The notes below the pieces were generated by a model that was given only the letters and a program-made list of their open reading frames with translations, was not told where the DNA came from and made no database searches. DNA of 58,850 nucleotides, from the NCBI GenBank assembly GCA_944388765.1, contig CALXKA010000003.1, positions 1 to 58,850 on the forward strand. The letters run 5' to 3'. A program made the translations under genes and the position numbers. The DNA is from an uncultured Clostridia bacterium. GTDB taxonomy: Bacteria > Bacillota > Clostridia > TANB77 > CAG-508. Shown piece by piece: positions 18,397-29,650 of this stretch. Positions within the stretch are counted from its first letter, which is position 1. The number at the start of each line of letters is the position of its first letter.

Positions 18397-19332
18397 TTAA
18401 ATAAATTGTTCTAATGTCTCTAAATTATTTATATTAATAGTTTTTGCTTCTTTGTTATCCTTTTTTATAAATCCTGTTAAGACTTTTCCTGGTCCTATTT
18501 CAATGTATTCTTCTATTCCTTCATTTTTCATTAGATTTATTGCTTTATCAAATCTTACTGGACTTATTATATGTTTTGCTAATATTTCTTTTATCTCATC
18601 ATCTTTTTTGTAATATGTTCCATCTAAGTTTTTTATAACTTTTACTTTTTGTTCACTTTCTGGTAAAATATTAAATTTTATATTTTCTAATTCTTTTTCA
18701 TATGCTTTTTTTGCTTCTTCCAGTTTTATTGTATGGAATGGTCCGCTTGTTTTTAGTTTTATTGCTCTTTTAGCTCCTGATTGTTTTAATAATTCTATTG
18801 CTTCCTCTATTGCATTTGTTTCTCCTGATATTGCTGTTTGTGTGCTACAATTATAGTTAGCTGGTACTACAAATTTTCCTTGTTCTTGTAAGTTTCTACA
18901 AATTTCTTCTATTTTTGAACTTTCTAATCCTATTACTGCTGCCATTGAATATTCTTCTTTTGGTAATAGATTACCCATATAATATCCTCTTTTTTTTATT
19001 AATCTTATTCCATCTTTAAAAGAAATTATTCCCGCATATATCAATGCTCCATATTCTCCCAAGCTTAAACCTGTTGCTATTTCTGCTTCAATTCCTTTTG
19101 ATTTTAAAACTTCTAGCATTGCCAAACTTGTTGTTAAAATTGCTATTTGTGTATTTTCTGTTTTATTTAGTTCTTCTTCTGGTCCTTCAAAACATATCTT
19201 TTTTACATCTATTCCTGATATTTCACTTGCCATATCATATACTTTTTTTGCTTCTTCATATTTTTCATAAATATCTTTTCCCATTCCAACCATTTGTGCT
19301 CCTTGACCTGGGAATAAAAATGCTCTTTTCAT
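18397..19332 (-). CDS. fabD: malonyl-CoA:ACP transacylase
   Basis: 'FLFPGQGAQ' and 'GLSLGEY' active-site Ser. 311 aa. Confidence 0.9.
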   Translation of the reverse strand: MKRAFLFPGQGAQMVGMGKDIYEKYEEAKKVYDMASEISGIDVKKICFEGPEEELNKTENTQIAILTTSLAMLEVLKSKGIEAEIATGLSLGEYGALIYAGIISFKDGIRLIKKRGYYMGNLLPKEEYSMAAVIGLESSKIEEICRNLQEQGKFVVPANYNCSTQTAISGETNAIEEAIELLKQSGAKRAIKLKTSGPFHTIKLEEAKKAYEKELENIKFNILPESEQKVKVIKNLDGTYYKKDDEIKEILAKHIISPVRFDKAINLMKNEGIEEYIEIGPGKVLTGFIKKDNKEAKTININNLETLEQFI

Positions 19333-19343
19333 AAAACTCCTCC

Positions 19344-20288
19344 TTATATTTCTAATAAAATGCTTCCTGTATTTAATCCTCCGCCATAACCTAATAAAAT
19401 AACTTTATCTCCTTCACTTAATAGATTTTTTTCGAACATTTCATTTAACGCAATTGGTATGCTTGCACAAAATGTATTTCCTGCATACTTTATATTTGTA
19501 AACATTTTTTCTTTTTCTAATTTTAGTCTTGTATCTATTGATTTCATTATTTTACTATTTGATTGATGTGGTATTATATATTTTACATTTTCTATCTTTT
19601 CTTCTGATTTTTTCAAAAGCTCTTTTATATTTTCTATTGTATTTGTAACAGCATATTTATATATTTCTTTTCCATTCATCTGTATTTTTTCATTTATCTT
19701 ACATGTTAATATTTTATTTTCATCAATTTCTGCATTTATGTTTGAAATATATTTTTTATTTTTTACTGTTCTTTCTAGTAAAAGTACTCCTGCTCCATCT
19801 GATAATATTATTGATGTTCCTACATCTTTTTTATCTGTATACGCTGAGAGTTTATCTACTCCAATTATTAATGCTTTATTTACTCTGTTAGTTGATAAAT
19901 ATAATTGTGCTATATCTATTGCATTTATATATCCACTACATCCTGCTAATATATCTAAACAGATGCACTTTTTTATTTCTAGTTTTTTTTGAATTTCATT
20001 TGATATCCCTGGCATCAAGTTTGATGGACTTGTTGTTGCTACTATTATAAGATCTATTTGTTTTAAAATTTCTTCTTTTTTTTCTTTATCAAATTTGCTG
20101 ATTAAATTATCTACTGATTTTTGTGCTAGTTCTTCTATTGTTTCCTCTTTTGCGTAATATCTTTCTTGTATGCCTGTTCTTTTATATATATATTCTTTTT
20201 CTAGCCCTAACTTAGCTTCTAAATCACTGCTTTTTACTTTATGGTTAGGAAGATATATTCCGCTTTTTATTACTTCTATACTATTCAT
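19344..20288 (-). CDS. fabH: 3-oxoacyl-ACP synthase III
   Basis: 'LAGCSGY' catalytic Cys, 'PHQSN' His, 'GNTFCASIP' Asn. The ATG at 20288 lies 5 nt after a GGTGA RBS; the GTG start at 20297 in the track sits inside that RBS. Confidence 0.9.
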   Translation of the reverse strand: MNSIEVIKSGIYLPNHKVKSSDLEAKLGLEKEYIYKRTGIQERYYAKEETIEELAQKSVDNLISKFDKEKKEEILKQIDLIIVATTSPSNLMPGISNEIQKKLEIKKCICLDILAGCSGYINAIDIAQLYLSTNRVNKALIIGVDKLSAYTDKKDVGTSIILSDGAGVLLLERTVKNKKYISNINAEIDENKILTCKINEKIQMNGKEIYKYAVTNTIENIKELLKKSEEKIENVKYIIPHQSNSKIMKSIDTRLKLEKEKMFTNIKYAGNTFCASIPIALNEMFEKNLLSEGDKVILLGYGGGLNTGSILLEI

Positions 20289-20351
20289 TTTTTTCACCTA
20301 TATATTTATACACTATTTTTTAAAATTTTTCTATTGGAATGAGTGGTCAAA

Positions 20352-20389
20352 TAGAAAAATAGGCTAATTTTTCTATGTTTTAGCCTATT
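20352..20389 (-). terminator. intrinsic terminator after the WG-repeat gene
   Basis: Perfect 10-bp stem AATAGGCTAA / TTAGCCTATT followed by TTTT on the minus strand. Confidence 0.75.
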
Positions 20390-20399
20390 TTCATCATAT

Positions 20400-21971
20400 T
20401 TAATTATTTTCTTCTTCGTTATTTTCATTGTTTTGATCTGATTGTTGCTCATTATTATTTTGTTCTTCATTTCCATTATTGTTTTGTTCTTCATTTTCTT
20501 GTGCTTGTTGTTGATTATTGTCTTGTTGTTCATTATTATCGCTATTTTGTTCATCTTCTGCATTTTGTTCTTGATTATTAGTAGATGTATTTGTATTGTT
20601 AGTTGTATTTGTGTTAGTATTAGAATTTGTACCACTTTCATTTTGTTTTCTTACTCCTCTTGCATTTAGATATTCTTCTGCATCAATTACTTGATCATTT
20701 ACTCCAATGTAATAGTGTTTTTCTCCTCCACTTATTGTCATATATATATCATCTGCAATAGTTGCGAATAATTCTTCTCCTGCTGCATTTAATAGTGTAT
20801 ATTTATCATCTATACATGCTACTAATACATTATAGTCTGGAATAATTAATAAGTTATATGCATCTTTATTATTTGATGCTATATATCCAAAACTGTCATA
20901 TTTAAATTCTACAACTTGGTTTCCATTTTTATCAAATAATCCCCAATAATCTCCTTTTTTAACTGGAATTAGATTGTTAAGTAATAAATATTTACTTTTT
21001 ATATTATTTTCAGTAAATTTTGATGTATCAATTCCTACTTGATCATTCTCTATGTATATTTTTATAACTCCATTTGTATCTATTACTCCTGATTTTTTAT
21101 CTCTTGTTGCAACATATAAACCTGCATCACTATCCATTAAAGTTATACTATCATATATTATTTGTACTTTTGTTTGTCCTGATTTTGATAAAATTCCTAC
21201 TTTTCTATCTGTTTCTACTAAGAAATCCTGAAAACTTGGTAAGTATGTAATATTGTCATATTTAGCATCTAATAATGTTTTCCCTGCTGTATCTATTACT
21301 CCATACTGGTCTTTATTTCCTTCTTTCATTACTACTAGCATATTGTCTAATATTGCTTTTTGATTAGCAAAAGTTTCACTTAACTCGGAATATCCATAAT
21401 CTAATACATAAGGTGTGTAAAATTGTACTAAATATGGTAATGTAAATATATTTATCCTATTTGCTTCTTGATCATATGAAAAACTTACATTAAAAGCTTC
21501 TTGTAGTCCTTCTGTTGTTGTATATAGGACTCCATTTATTGCTTTTACTGGATTTTTTATATGAACATATTCATAATCATTATTGTTTTGTGTTAAATCT
21601 AATTTATATATTGTATTTGAACCTAGTGTAAAATTTGCAACTTCATTTTCAGATTGTACATAACATTTACTTTGGCTTTCAGATTTATCACTATATTCTC
21701 CATTATAGCTTTCATATCCTAAATAACTAGCTATTTCTTTTATCGGTACATAAATTGTACCATCACTTTCAAATACTAGTAATTGTTTTAAACTCTCATT
21801 TGATTGTCCATTAAGTGTTAATCTTAACGTTGTGCTTTGAATATATACTAAATATGAAACAATTCCTACTATTATTAAAAATACTATAATAATTGCAGCT
21901 AGAATAATTTTTGTTGTTCTTTTTTTCTTTTTTTCTTCCTTTGTTTGGAAGCTTTCTTCGATTAGATTCAT
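20400..21971 (-). CDS. membrane-anchored WG-repeat protein with N/Q/E-rich low-complexity tail
   Basis: One TM helix ('IILAAIIIVFLIIVGIVSYLV'). Repeated '..YGVID..GK.L...KYD.I' and 'WGLFDKNGNQVVEFKYD' (WG/KWG-type repeats). The last ~80 aa are almost only N, Q, E, T and S. The ATG at 21971 follows a GGTGGG RBS. Confidence 0.7.
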   Translation of the reverse strand: MNLIEESFQTKEEKKKKRTTKIILAAIIIVFLIIVGIVSYLVYIQSTTLRLTLNGQSNESLKQLLVFESDGTIYVPIKEIASYLGYESYNGEYSDKSESQSKCYVQSENEVANFTLGSNTIYKLDLTQNNNDYEYVHIKNPVKAINGVLYTTTEGLQEAFNVSFSYDQEANRINIFTLPYLVQFYTPYVLDYGYSELSETFANQKAILDNMLVVMKEGNKDQYGVIDTAGKTLLDAKYDNITYLPSFQDFLVETDRKVGILSKSGQTKVQIIYDSITLMDSDAGLYVATRDKKSGVIDTNGVIKIYIENDQVGIDTSKFTENNIKSKYLLLNNLIPVKKGDYWGLFDKNGNQVVEFKYDSFGYIASNNKDAYNLLIIPDYNVLVACIDDKYTLLNAAGEELFATIADDIYMTISGGEKHYYIGVNDQVIDAEEYLNARGVRKQNESGTNSNTNTNTTNNTNTSTNNQEQNAEDEQNSDNNEQQDNNQQQAQENEEQNNNGNEEQNNNEQQSDQNNENNEEENN

Positions 21972-21984
21972 TTGTATCCCACCT

Positions 21985-23590
<1,606 letters not shown>

Positions 23591-23602
23591 ATATAAAACT
23601 CC

Positions 23603-24358
23603 CTAATTGACATTTTTTAATTTATCTTCTATTTCTAATAATTGTCTTAAATATATTCTTTTAGGATTATCTAATTTATCCAATTCATTTACTGAATGTC
23701 CGATTTTTAGAAAATAAAGCTTATTAAATTCAATTTCTTTATTGTTATCTTCTAGCCATTTTTTATATTCTTCAAAATGTTTATTTAATTGTCTTGCAGT
23801 CAAGTTTGAAATTGCTTTTAAGATAATAGTATAAGCATGTCTTGTTCCTTCTGGTATTTCTATATATTTAAATTTATAATTTTTTATTTGTTTCTTACTA
23901 TATAAATCAATATTTAGTTCTTCTTTTAGTTCTCTTTTAGCAGTTTCTACGATATCAATTTCTCCATTTAATATATCTTCTTTGTCTATTCCTCCACCTG
24001 AAACTTGCAAGCAGTTTGGATATGATGTATTTTTGTCTAATTCGCCTATCACTGCATATCCATCAATTGTTTCTATAAATACTCCACTTGATATTTTATG
24101 ACATGCATATTTTTCTTCTATTCCATGTCTTTCATCATATAAATAATGAGCATAATTTGTCTTTTCAAGATGTAATATTATTTCATTATTTAATTCTTCC
24201 ATTTTTGTTACATTCCAATCTTCCCCGTTAAAAAGATGTTGATTATTTTTTATTTGTTCTTTCCAAAATAAATCTATTTGTTTTTTTAAATCTTCTGGTA
24301 GTCTTATTGTTTTATTTGTATGTTTTATCTTTATAGTCTTGTTTGTATGTAATATCAT
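23603..24358 (-). CDS. Nudix hydrolase with N-terminal extension
   Basis: Nudix box 'GGGIDKEDILNGEIDIVETAKRELKEELNI'. 251 aa. Confidence 0.7.
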   Translation of the reverse strand: MILHTNKTIKIKHTNKTIRLPEDLKKQIDLFWKEQIKNNQHLFNGEDWNVTKMEELNNEIILHLEKTNYAHYLYDERHGIEEKYACHKISSGVFIETIDGYAVIGELDKNTSYPNCLQVSGGGIDKEDILNGEIDIVETAKRELKEELNIDLYSKKQIKNYKFKYIEIPEGTRHAYTIILKAISNLTARQLNKHFEEYKKWLEDNNKEIEFNKLYFLKIGHSVNELDKLDNPKRIYLRQLLEIEDKLKNVN

Positions 24359-24369
24359 TTTTTCTCCTT

Positions 24370-25395
24370 TTATTCTATAAACATTGCATCTCCAAAACTA
24401 AAAAATCTATATTTTTCTTTTACTGCTTCTTTATATGCTTTCATTATGAAGTCCTTACTTGCTAATGCTGAGACTAGCATTAAAAGTGTAGATTGAGGTA
24501 AATGAAAATTTGTTATTAATCCATCTATACACTTAAATTTATATCCTGGATATATAAATATTTGAGTATCATCTTCTATTTGTTTTACCATTCCCGTCTT
24601 TTCATCGGCTATTGATTCTAAAACTCTGCATGATGTCGTTCCAACTGCAATTACTCTTCTTTTCTCTTGTTTTGCTTTATTTATTTTTTCTACATCTTCT
24701 TGTTTAATATAGAAATGTTCTGAATGCATTTTATGAGCTTCAACTGTTTCTTCTTTAACCGGTCTAAATGTACCTATTCCAACATGTAATGTTACATTTG
24801 CGATTTCTATTCCTTTTTGTTTGATTTTTTCTAATAAATCTTCTGTAAAATGTAACCCTGCTGTTGGTGCTGCTGCTGATCCTTCATATTTTGCATATAC
24901 TGTTTGATATCTATCTTTTTCTTTTAAATTTTCATGTATATATGGTGGTAATGGCATAAGTCCAATTTCATCTAGAATTTCATTAAATATTCCTTTATAT
25001 TTAAACTCTACTTTTCTAGTTCCACCTGGCATTATATCTAAAATTTCTGCTACTAATATTCCATCTCCAAATATAACTTTTGTACCAACATGCAATTTAT
25101 TTCCTGGTCTTACTATTGTTTCCCAAATATCTTTTTCTATATTGTTTAGTAATAAAAATTCTACATTTGCTCCTGTTTCTTTTTTTCCATAAATTCTTGC
25201 TGGTATTACTTTTGTATTATTCCTTACTAATACGTCTCCTGGCTTTAAGTAATCAATTATGTCTCTAAAAATTTTGTGCTCTATTGTTTGATTCTTTCTA
25301 TTTAAAATCATTAATCTTGATTCATCTCTTTTTTTTATTGGTGTTTGAGCTATTAGTTCTTCTGGTAATTCATAATCAAAATCTGTTACTTTCAT
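24370..25395 (-). CDS. queA: S-adenosylmethionine:tRNA ribosyltransferase-isomerase
   Basis: '[19 protein letters not shown]...R..SRLM' N-terminus and '[10 protein letters not shown]' C-terminus. 341 aa. Confidence 0.95.
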   Translation of the reverse strand: MKVTDFDYELPEELIAQTPIKKRDESRLMILNRKNQTIEHKIFRDIIDYLKPGDVLVRNNTKVIPARIYGKKETGANVEFLLLNNIEKDIWETIVRPGNKLHVGTKVIFGDGILVAEILDIMPGGTRKVEFKYKGIFNEILDEIGLMPLPPYIHENLKEKDRYQTVYAKYEGSAAAPTAGLHFTEDLLEKIKQKGIEIANVTLHVGIGTFRPVKEETVEAHKMHSEHFYIKQEDVEKINKAKQEKRRVIAVGTTSCRVLESIADEKTGMVKQIEDDTQIFIYPGYKFKCIDGLITNFHLPQSTLLMLVSALASKDFIMKAYKEAVKEKYRFFSFGDAMFIE

Positions 25396-25411
25396 TTTTT
25401 CATCTCCGTTT

Positions 25412-26759
25412 TTAATTATATACTAATTGTATTTTTCTACCTAAATTATCAAATATTTCTAAGATTTCTTCAATTAAGTTTTCTGGCTCTTTAAAGACAT
25501 CTTGTATTTCATATGAATAATTGAAATCACTGCTTTTTGCAGGCTTTAATTTGTATATTATTTCTGGCAAACCTATATTACCAGTTTCTGTTTTTATTTC
25601 TTTATTCATATAGTCTGTGTACCATTTTTTTTGTCCTTCTAATATTTCATTTTCATATCCATATTTTTCATAGTCATGTAGGGCTGGTATCTGATATCCA
25701 TATTCTCCTGCATTTCTTTCTAACGAATGTAAAAATTCATGTAAAAATACTTCTTCTGGAAATGTGTTTATTCTTGAATCATATTTATATATATAGCTAC
25801 GTGAATCATTTGGAAGTCTTATATTTGAATATCCTATTCCATAGTAATCCATTGAACCTAATCCTATCCAATCATTTACTTTTATGTCTTTTTCATGTTC
25901 TTCATCTCCGCAATCTAATTACAACAAAAATATGATCATAATCGTTTTGAGATATGGTATCTTTTATCTGTTCTTCTATATCCTCTGGTGCTACATAATA
26001 TCCAAATTCGTTATCATATGATAACTTTGTAATTGGTGTATTTACTTGATATATATCTACATCTGCTGTCATCTTTCCTTTTGATAGTTCACTGCATGAA
26101 TTTTTAAATCTATTTACTGTATTTTTTATATCAGTAATATCATTTTGAGTTACATTTAATTTTACTTCTTTTCTGTCTATTGTAACATCTGTTGTTTCAA
26201 ATATGAAGCAAGCAAATTTCCAATTATTATTGCTAGTTACTGTTCCTTCTTCAATTGTAAAATCTGAAAACCATGCTTCACCTTTTGCTTCTCCTAAATA
26301 TCCACCTAATCTAAAACCAATATTCACTTCTTCTCTGTCTTTACTATTAAATATGAGTTCTATTTTTTGCCAATCTTGTGTTCCTGATATTGCAATAGAT
26401 CTTTCTGTTGTTCCTTCTATAGCTATTTGTGCTCCAATCCCTGAATTTTCAGTTTCAGCTTCTATATTGTTTGTTTTTACCATACATGTTATTTTGTATG
26501 GTGTATTTTTTTCTACATTTATTGTTTTATAAAACATTGCATCATTATATTCCGGCGATTCTATTTTATAACTTCTGCTATCGCTATATTTTATCTTTTT
26601 GTCTCTTTTAAAATTTGAAGTATATATATTAGTTTCACTTCTTGTAAAATCATTAAAATTATTTAATTGATAATATTGATATGCAAAATATAGTAATATA
26701 AATAGAATTATTAGTGTAAAAAAATATATAATTCTGCTTATTAATCTTTTTTTAGTCAT
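25412..26759 (-). pseudogene. membrane-anchored protein with CBM-like beta-sandwich + HExxH metallopeptidase-like domain, split by a 1-nt frameshift
   Basis: The upstream frame ends '...DYDHIFVVIRLRR*' at 25902. The downstream frame is open from 25918 and reads 'LDCGDEEHEKDIKVNDWIGLGSMDYYGIGY...HEFLHSLE'. Deleting one base at ~25908-25912 joins them as '...VVIRLGDEEHEK...'. AAGGAG RBS precedes the ATG at 26759. Confidence 0.65.
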
Positions 26760-26932
26760 ATCATTCTCCTTGTTCTTTTGTTTCTTTATTATTATATATG
26801 ATTTCAAGTTTTATAGCAATATTTTTTATGATGTTTTTAATAATAGGAAAAATATTCTTTTAATTAATATTTAAAAGGCTATATAATAGATTATAAATCC
26901 AGTATATAGTCTTTTTATATTAATTATAAAAA

Positions 26933-29041
26933 TTAATTTTGTTTTAATCCTTTCATTGTGAGATTTATTCTTCCTTGTTCATCTATGTCTGTTACTTTAA
27001 CAGTTACTTTATCTCCTACATGAAGTACATCTTCTATATTTTTTATTCTTTCTTTTGAGATTTGAGATATGTGTAATAGTCCTTCTTTTCCTCCGCATCC
27101 TAAATCTATAAATGCTCCAAAGTTCATTAATCTATTTACTTCTCCATAATAAATTCCGCCAACCTCAATTTCTCTTACTATATCTTCTATCATTTCTAAT
27201 GCTCTTTCAGCTTTATCATTTTCTGTTGAATAGATAAATACTTGTCCATCTTCTTCTATATCAATTTTAACTCCTGTTTCATCAATAATTTTATTTATCA
27301 TTTTTCCACCAGGTCCAATTACATCTTTTATTTTGTCTACTTTAATTTTTGTACTTACTATCCTTGGTGCATATTCAGAAATTTCTTTTCTTGGCTTACT
27401 TATTACTGGAAGCATTACATCTTCTAATATATGTTTTCTTGCTTTTCTTGTTTTTGCAAATGCTTCTTTTATGATATCATATGTCAATCCATCGCATTTA
27501 ATATCTACTTGTATTGCTGTAATACCTTTTTCTGTTCCTCCTACTTTAAAATCCATGTCTCCAAAGAAATCCTCTAATCCCTGAATATCGACTAACATTA
27601 CATAATCTTTATCATTATCTGGGTTGGTTACTAAACCTGTTGAAATACCTGCAACTGGTCTTTTAATTGGAACCCCTGCATCCATTAAGCTCAAAGTACT
27701 TCCACATATACTTGCTTGTGATGTTGATCCATTTGAAGATAGTACTTCTGATACAACTCTTATTGCATATGGAAATTCTTCTGTTGATGGTAATACTGGC
27801 ACTAATGCTTTTTCTGCTAATGCTCCATGTCCTATTTCTCTTCTTCCAGGTCCACGAGAAGGTCTTGCTTCTCCTACACTGTAACTTGGGAAGTTATAGT
27901 GATGCATATATCTTTTTGATTCTTCTGTATCTATACCATCTAATGTTTGTTCTTCGCTAATCATTCCTAGTGTTGCAACTGATAATACCTGTGTCTGCCC
28001 TCTTGTAAATAAAGCACTTCCATGAGTTCTTGGTAATAGTCCTACTTCACATGATAATGGTCTTATTTCATCTAATGCTCTTCCATCTACTCTTTTATGT
28101 TCAACAAAAATCATTTCTCTAACACATTTTTTCTCTAATTTGTAGATTGCCTCTCCTATTTCTTGTTTATGTTCTTCAAATGCTTCTTCTCCAAATTTTT
28201 CTGTGTATGTGTTTTCAATTTTTTCTGTTAATTCATCAATATTATTATCTCTTGTTTCTTTGTCAGCTTCTTGCACTTTTTCTTTCATTTCATCTTTAAA
28301 ATTTTCTTCTATAAAGTTATATATATCTTCATTTACTTCAAATGACTTATACTCAAATTTTGGTTTTCCAATTTCTTTTTGTATTTTTTTGATAAATTTG
28401 CATAGTTTTTTAATTTCTTTATGAGCTTCTTTTATAGCTTTTAACATTATATCATCTGGTACTTCATTTGCTCCTGCTTCTATCATAGTTATTTTCTTTT
28501 CTGTTGCAGCAACAGTTAGTGTTAAGTCTGATTTTTCTCTTTGTTCTTCTGTTGGGTTTATGACTATTTGTCCATCTACTAACCCAACATTTACAGCTGC
28601 TGTTGGTCCATTAAATGGTATATTAGAAATTGCTAGTGCTGTTGCTGCACCTATCATTGCTGCAACTTCTGGTGAATTATCTTGTTCTACACAAAGTACA
28701 GTTCCTACAACCACAACATCATTTCTAAAATCTTTTGGAAATAAAGGTCTTAAAGGTCTATCAATTGCTCTTGATGTTAATATTGCTTTGTCACTTGGTT
28801 TTCCTTCTCTTTTTAAAAATCCTCCTGGTATTTTTCCTACCGCATATAGTTTTTCTTCAAAATCTACTGATAATGGGAAGAAATCAATTCCTTCTCTTGG
28901 TTCTTTTGATGCAGTTACATTTACTAATACACATGTATCTCCATAACGTACTAATACACTTCCATTTGCAAGTCCTGCCATTTTTCCTGTTTCAATTATA
29001 AGTTTTCTACCTGCTAATTCTGTTTCATAAGTTTTAAACAT
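26933..29041 (-). CDS. pnp: polyribonucleotide nucleotidyltransferase (PNPase)
   Basis: Two RNase PH domains, a KH domain and an S1 domain ('GGIYYGEVNRLMNFGAFIDL'). AAGGAG RBS precedes the ATG at 29041. Confidence 0.95.
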   Translation of the reverse strand: MFKTYETELAGRKLIIETGKMAGLANGSVLVRYGDTCVLVNVTASKEPREGIDFFPLSVDFEEKLYAVGKIPGGFLKREGKPSDKAILTSRAIDRPLRPLFPKDFRNDVVVVGTVLCVEQDNSPEVAAMIGAATALAISNIPFNGPTAAVNVGLVDGQIVINPTEEQREKSDLTLTVAATEKKITMIEAGANEVPDDIMLKAIKEAHKEIKKLCKFIKKIQKEIGKPKFEYKSFEVNEDIYNFIEENFKDEMKEKVQEADKETRDNNIDELTEKIENTYTEKFGEEAFEEHKQEIGEAIYKLEKKCVREMIFVEHKRVDGRALDEIRPLSCEVGLLPRTHGSALFTRGQTQVLSVATLGMISEEQTLDGIDTEESKRYMHHYNFPSYSVGEARPSRGPGRREIGHGALAEKALVPVLPSTEEFPYAIRVVSEVLSSNGSTSQASICGSTLSLMDAGVPIKRPVAGISTGLVTNPDNDKDYVMLVDIQGLEDFFGDMDFKVGGTEKGITAIQVDIKCDGLTYDIIKEAFAKTRKARKHILEDVMLPVISKPRKEISEYAPRIVSTKIKVDKIKDVIGPGGKMINKIIDETGVKIDIEEDGQVFIYSTENDKAERALEMIEDIVREIEVGGIYYGEVNRLMNFGAFIDLGCGGKEGLLHISQISKERIKNIEDVLHVGDKVTVKVTDIDEQGRINLTMKGLKQN

Positions 29042-29190
29042 ATTTTTTTCTCCTTTTCTAATTATTTGCACCTTACTTTTACTAAATAAGTTTAATTAGA
29101 TTGTAACCTCTATAATGTATTATAAAGAATTTTATAACACATTATACAAGCTACTTTACTATATTAAACTTATTTAATATATAACCTCAT

Positions 29191-29220
29191 AAAAGCCCAT
29201 GTCTAAAAAACATGGGACTT
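29191..29220 (-). terminator. rpsO terminator / pnp-leader hairpin
   Basis: CCCATG / CATGGG stem followed by TTTTAT on the minus strand, between rpsO and pnp. This is the usual site of the rpsO terminator and pnp processing hairpin. Confidence 0.6.
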
Positions 29221-29229
29221 TTATAAAAA

Positions 29230-29493
29230 TTATTTTCTTAATCCTAATTTTTCAACTATATCTCTATATCTGTTAATATCTTTTTTAGCCACATAGTTTA
29301 ATAAATTTCTTCTTTTACCTACCATTTTTAAAAGACCTCTTCTTGAATGATTGTCTTTTTTATGGATTTTTAAATGCTCTGTTAATTCATTAATTCTTTC
29401 TGTTAAAAGAGCTATTTGAACTTCTGGTGAACCAGTATCATTTTCTTCTCTTTTATATTGATTAATGATTTCTTGTTTTCTTTCCTTTGTCAT
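29230..29493 (-). CDS. rpsO: 30S ribosomal protein S15
   Basis: 87 aa. '[33 protein letters not shown]'. Confidence 0.95.
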   Translation of the reverse strand: MTKERKQEIINQYKREENDTGSPEVQIALLTERINELTEHLKIHKKDNHSRRGLLKMVGKRRNLLNYVAKKDINRYRDIVEKLGLRK

Positions 29494-29590
29494 ATTTACA
29501 CCTCCTAATTTATTTTTTCCTTTAACTGAGCCAAAAGTTTAGGTGCTTCCTTTTTAGCTAAGTAAAAGGTATGTCATCTTTGACATATCT

Positions 29591-29619
29591 ATTTTACTAT
29601 ACTTTTTTATATTTTTCAA
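29591..29619 (-). promoter_or_regulatory. sigma-A-type promoter of rpsO
   Basis: On the minus strand: TTGAAA (29614-29619), 17-nt spacer, TAAAAT (29591-29596). The ~90-nt leader contains the hairpins ATGTCA/TGACAT and CCTTTT/AAAAGG, which could form an S15 autoregulatory structure (not verified). Confidence 0.5.
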
Positions 29620-29650
29620 GTGTTTTGAACATTTTTATTTTGTTACTCTA

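Noticed and set aside
20306-20641. A 111-aa minus-strand ORF overlapping the 3' end of the WG-repeat gene.
   Set aside because: It is an alternative frame of the N/Q/E low-complexity tract, extends into the terminator, and has no start signals.
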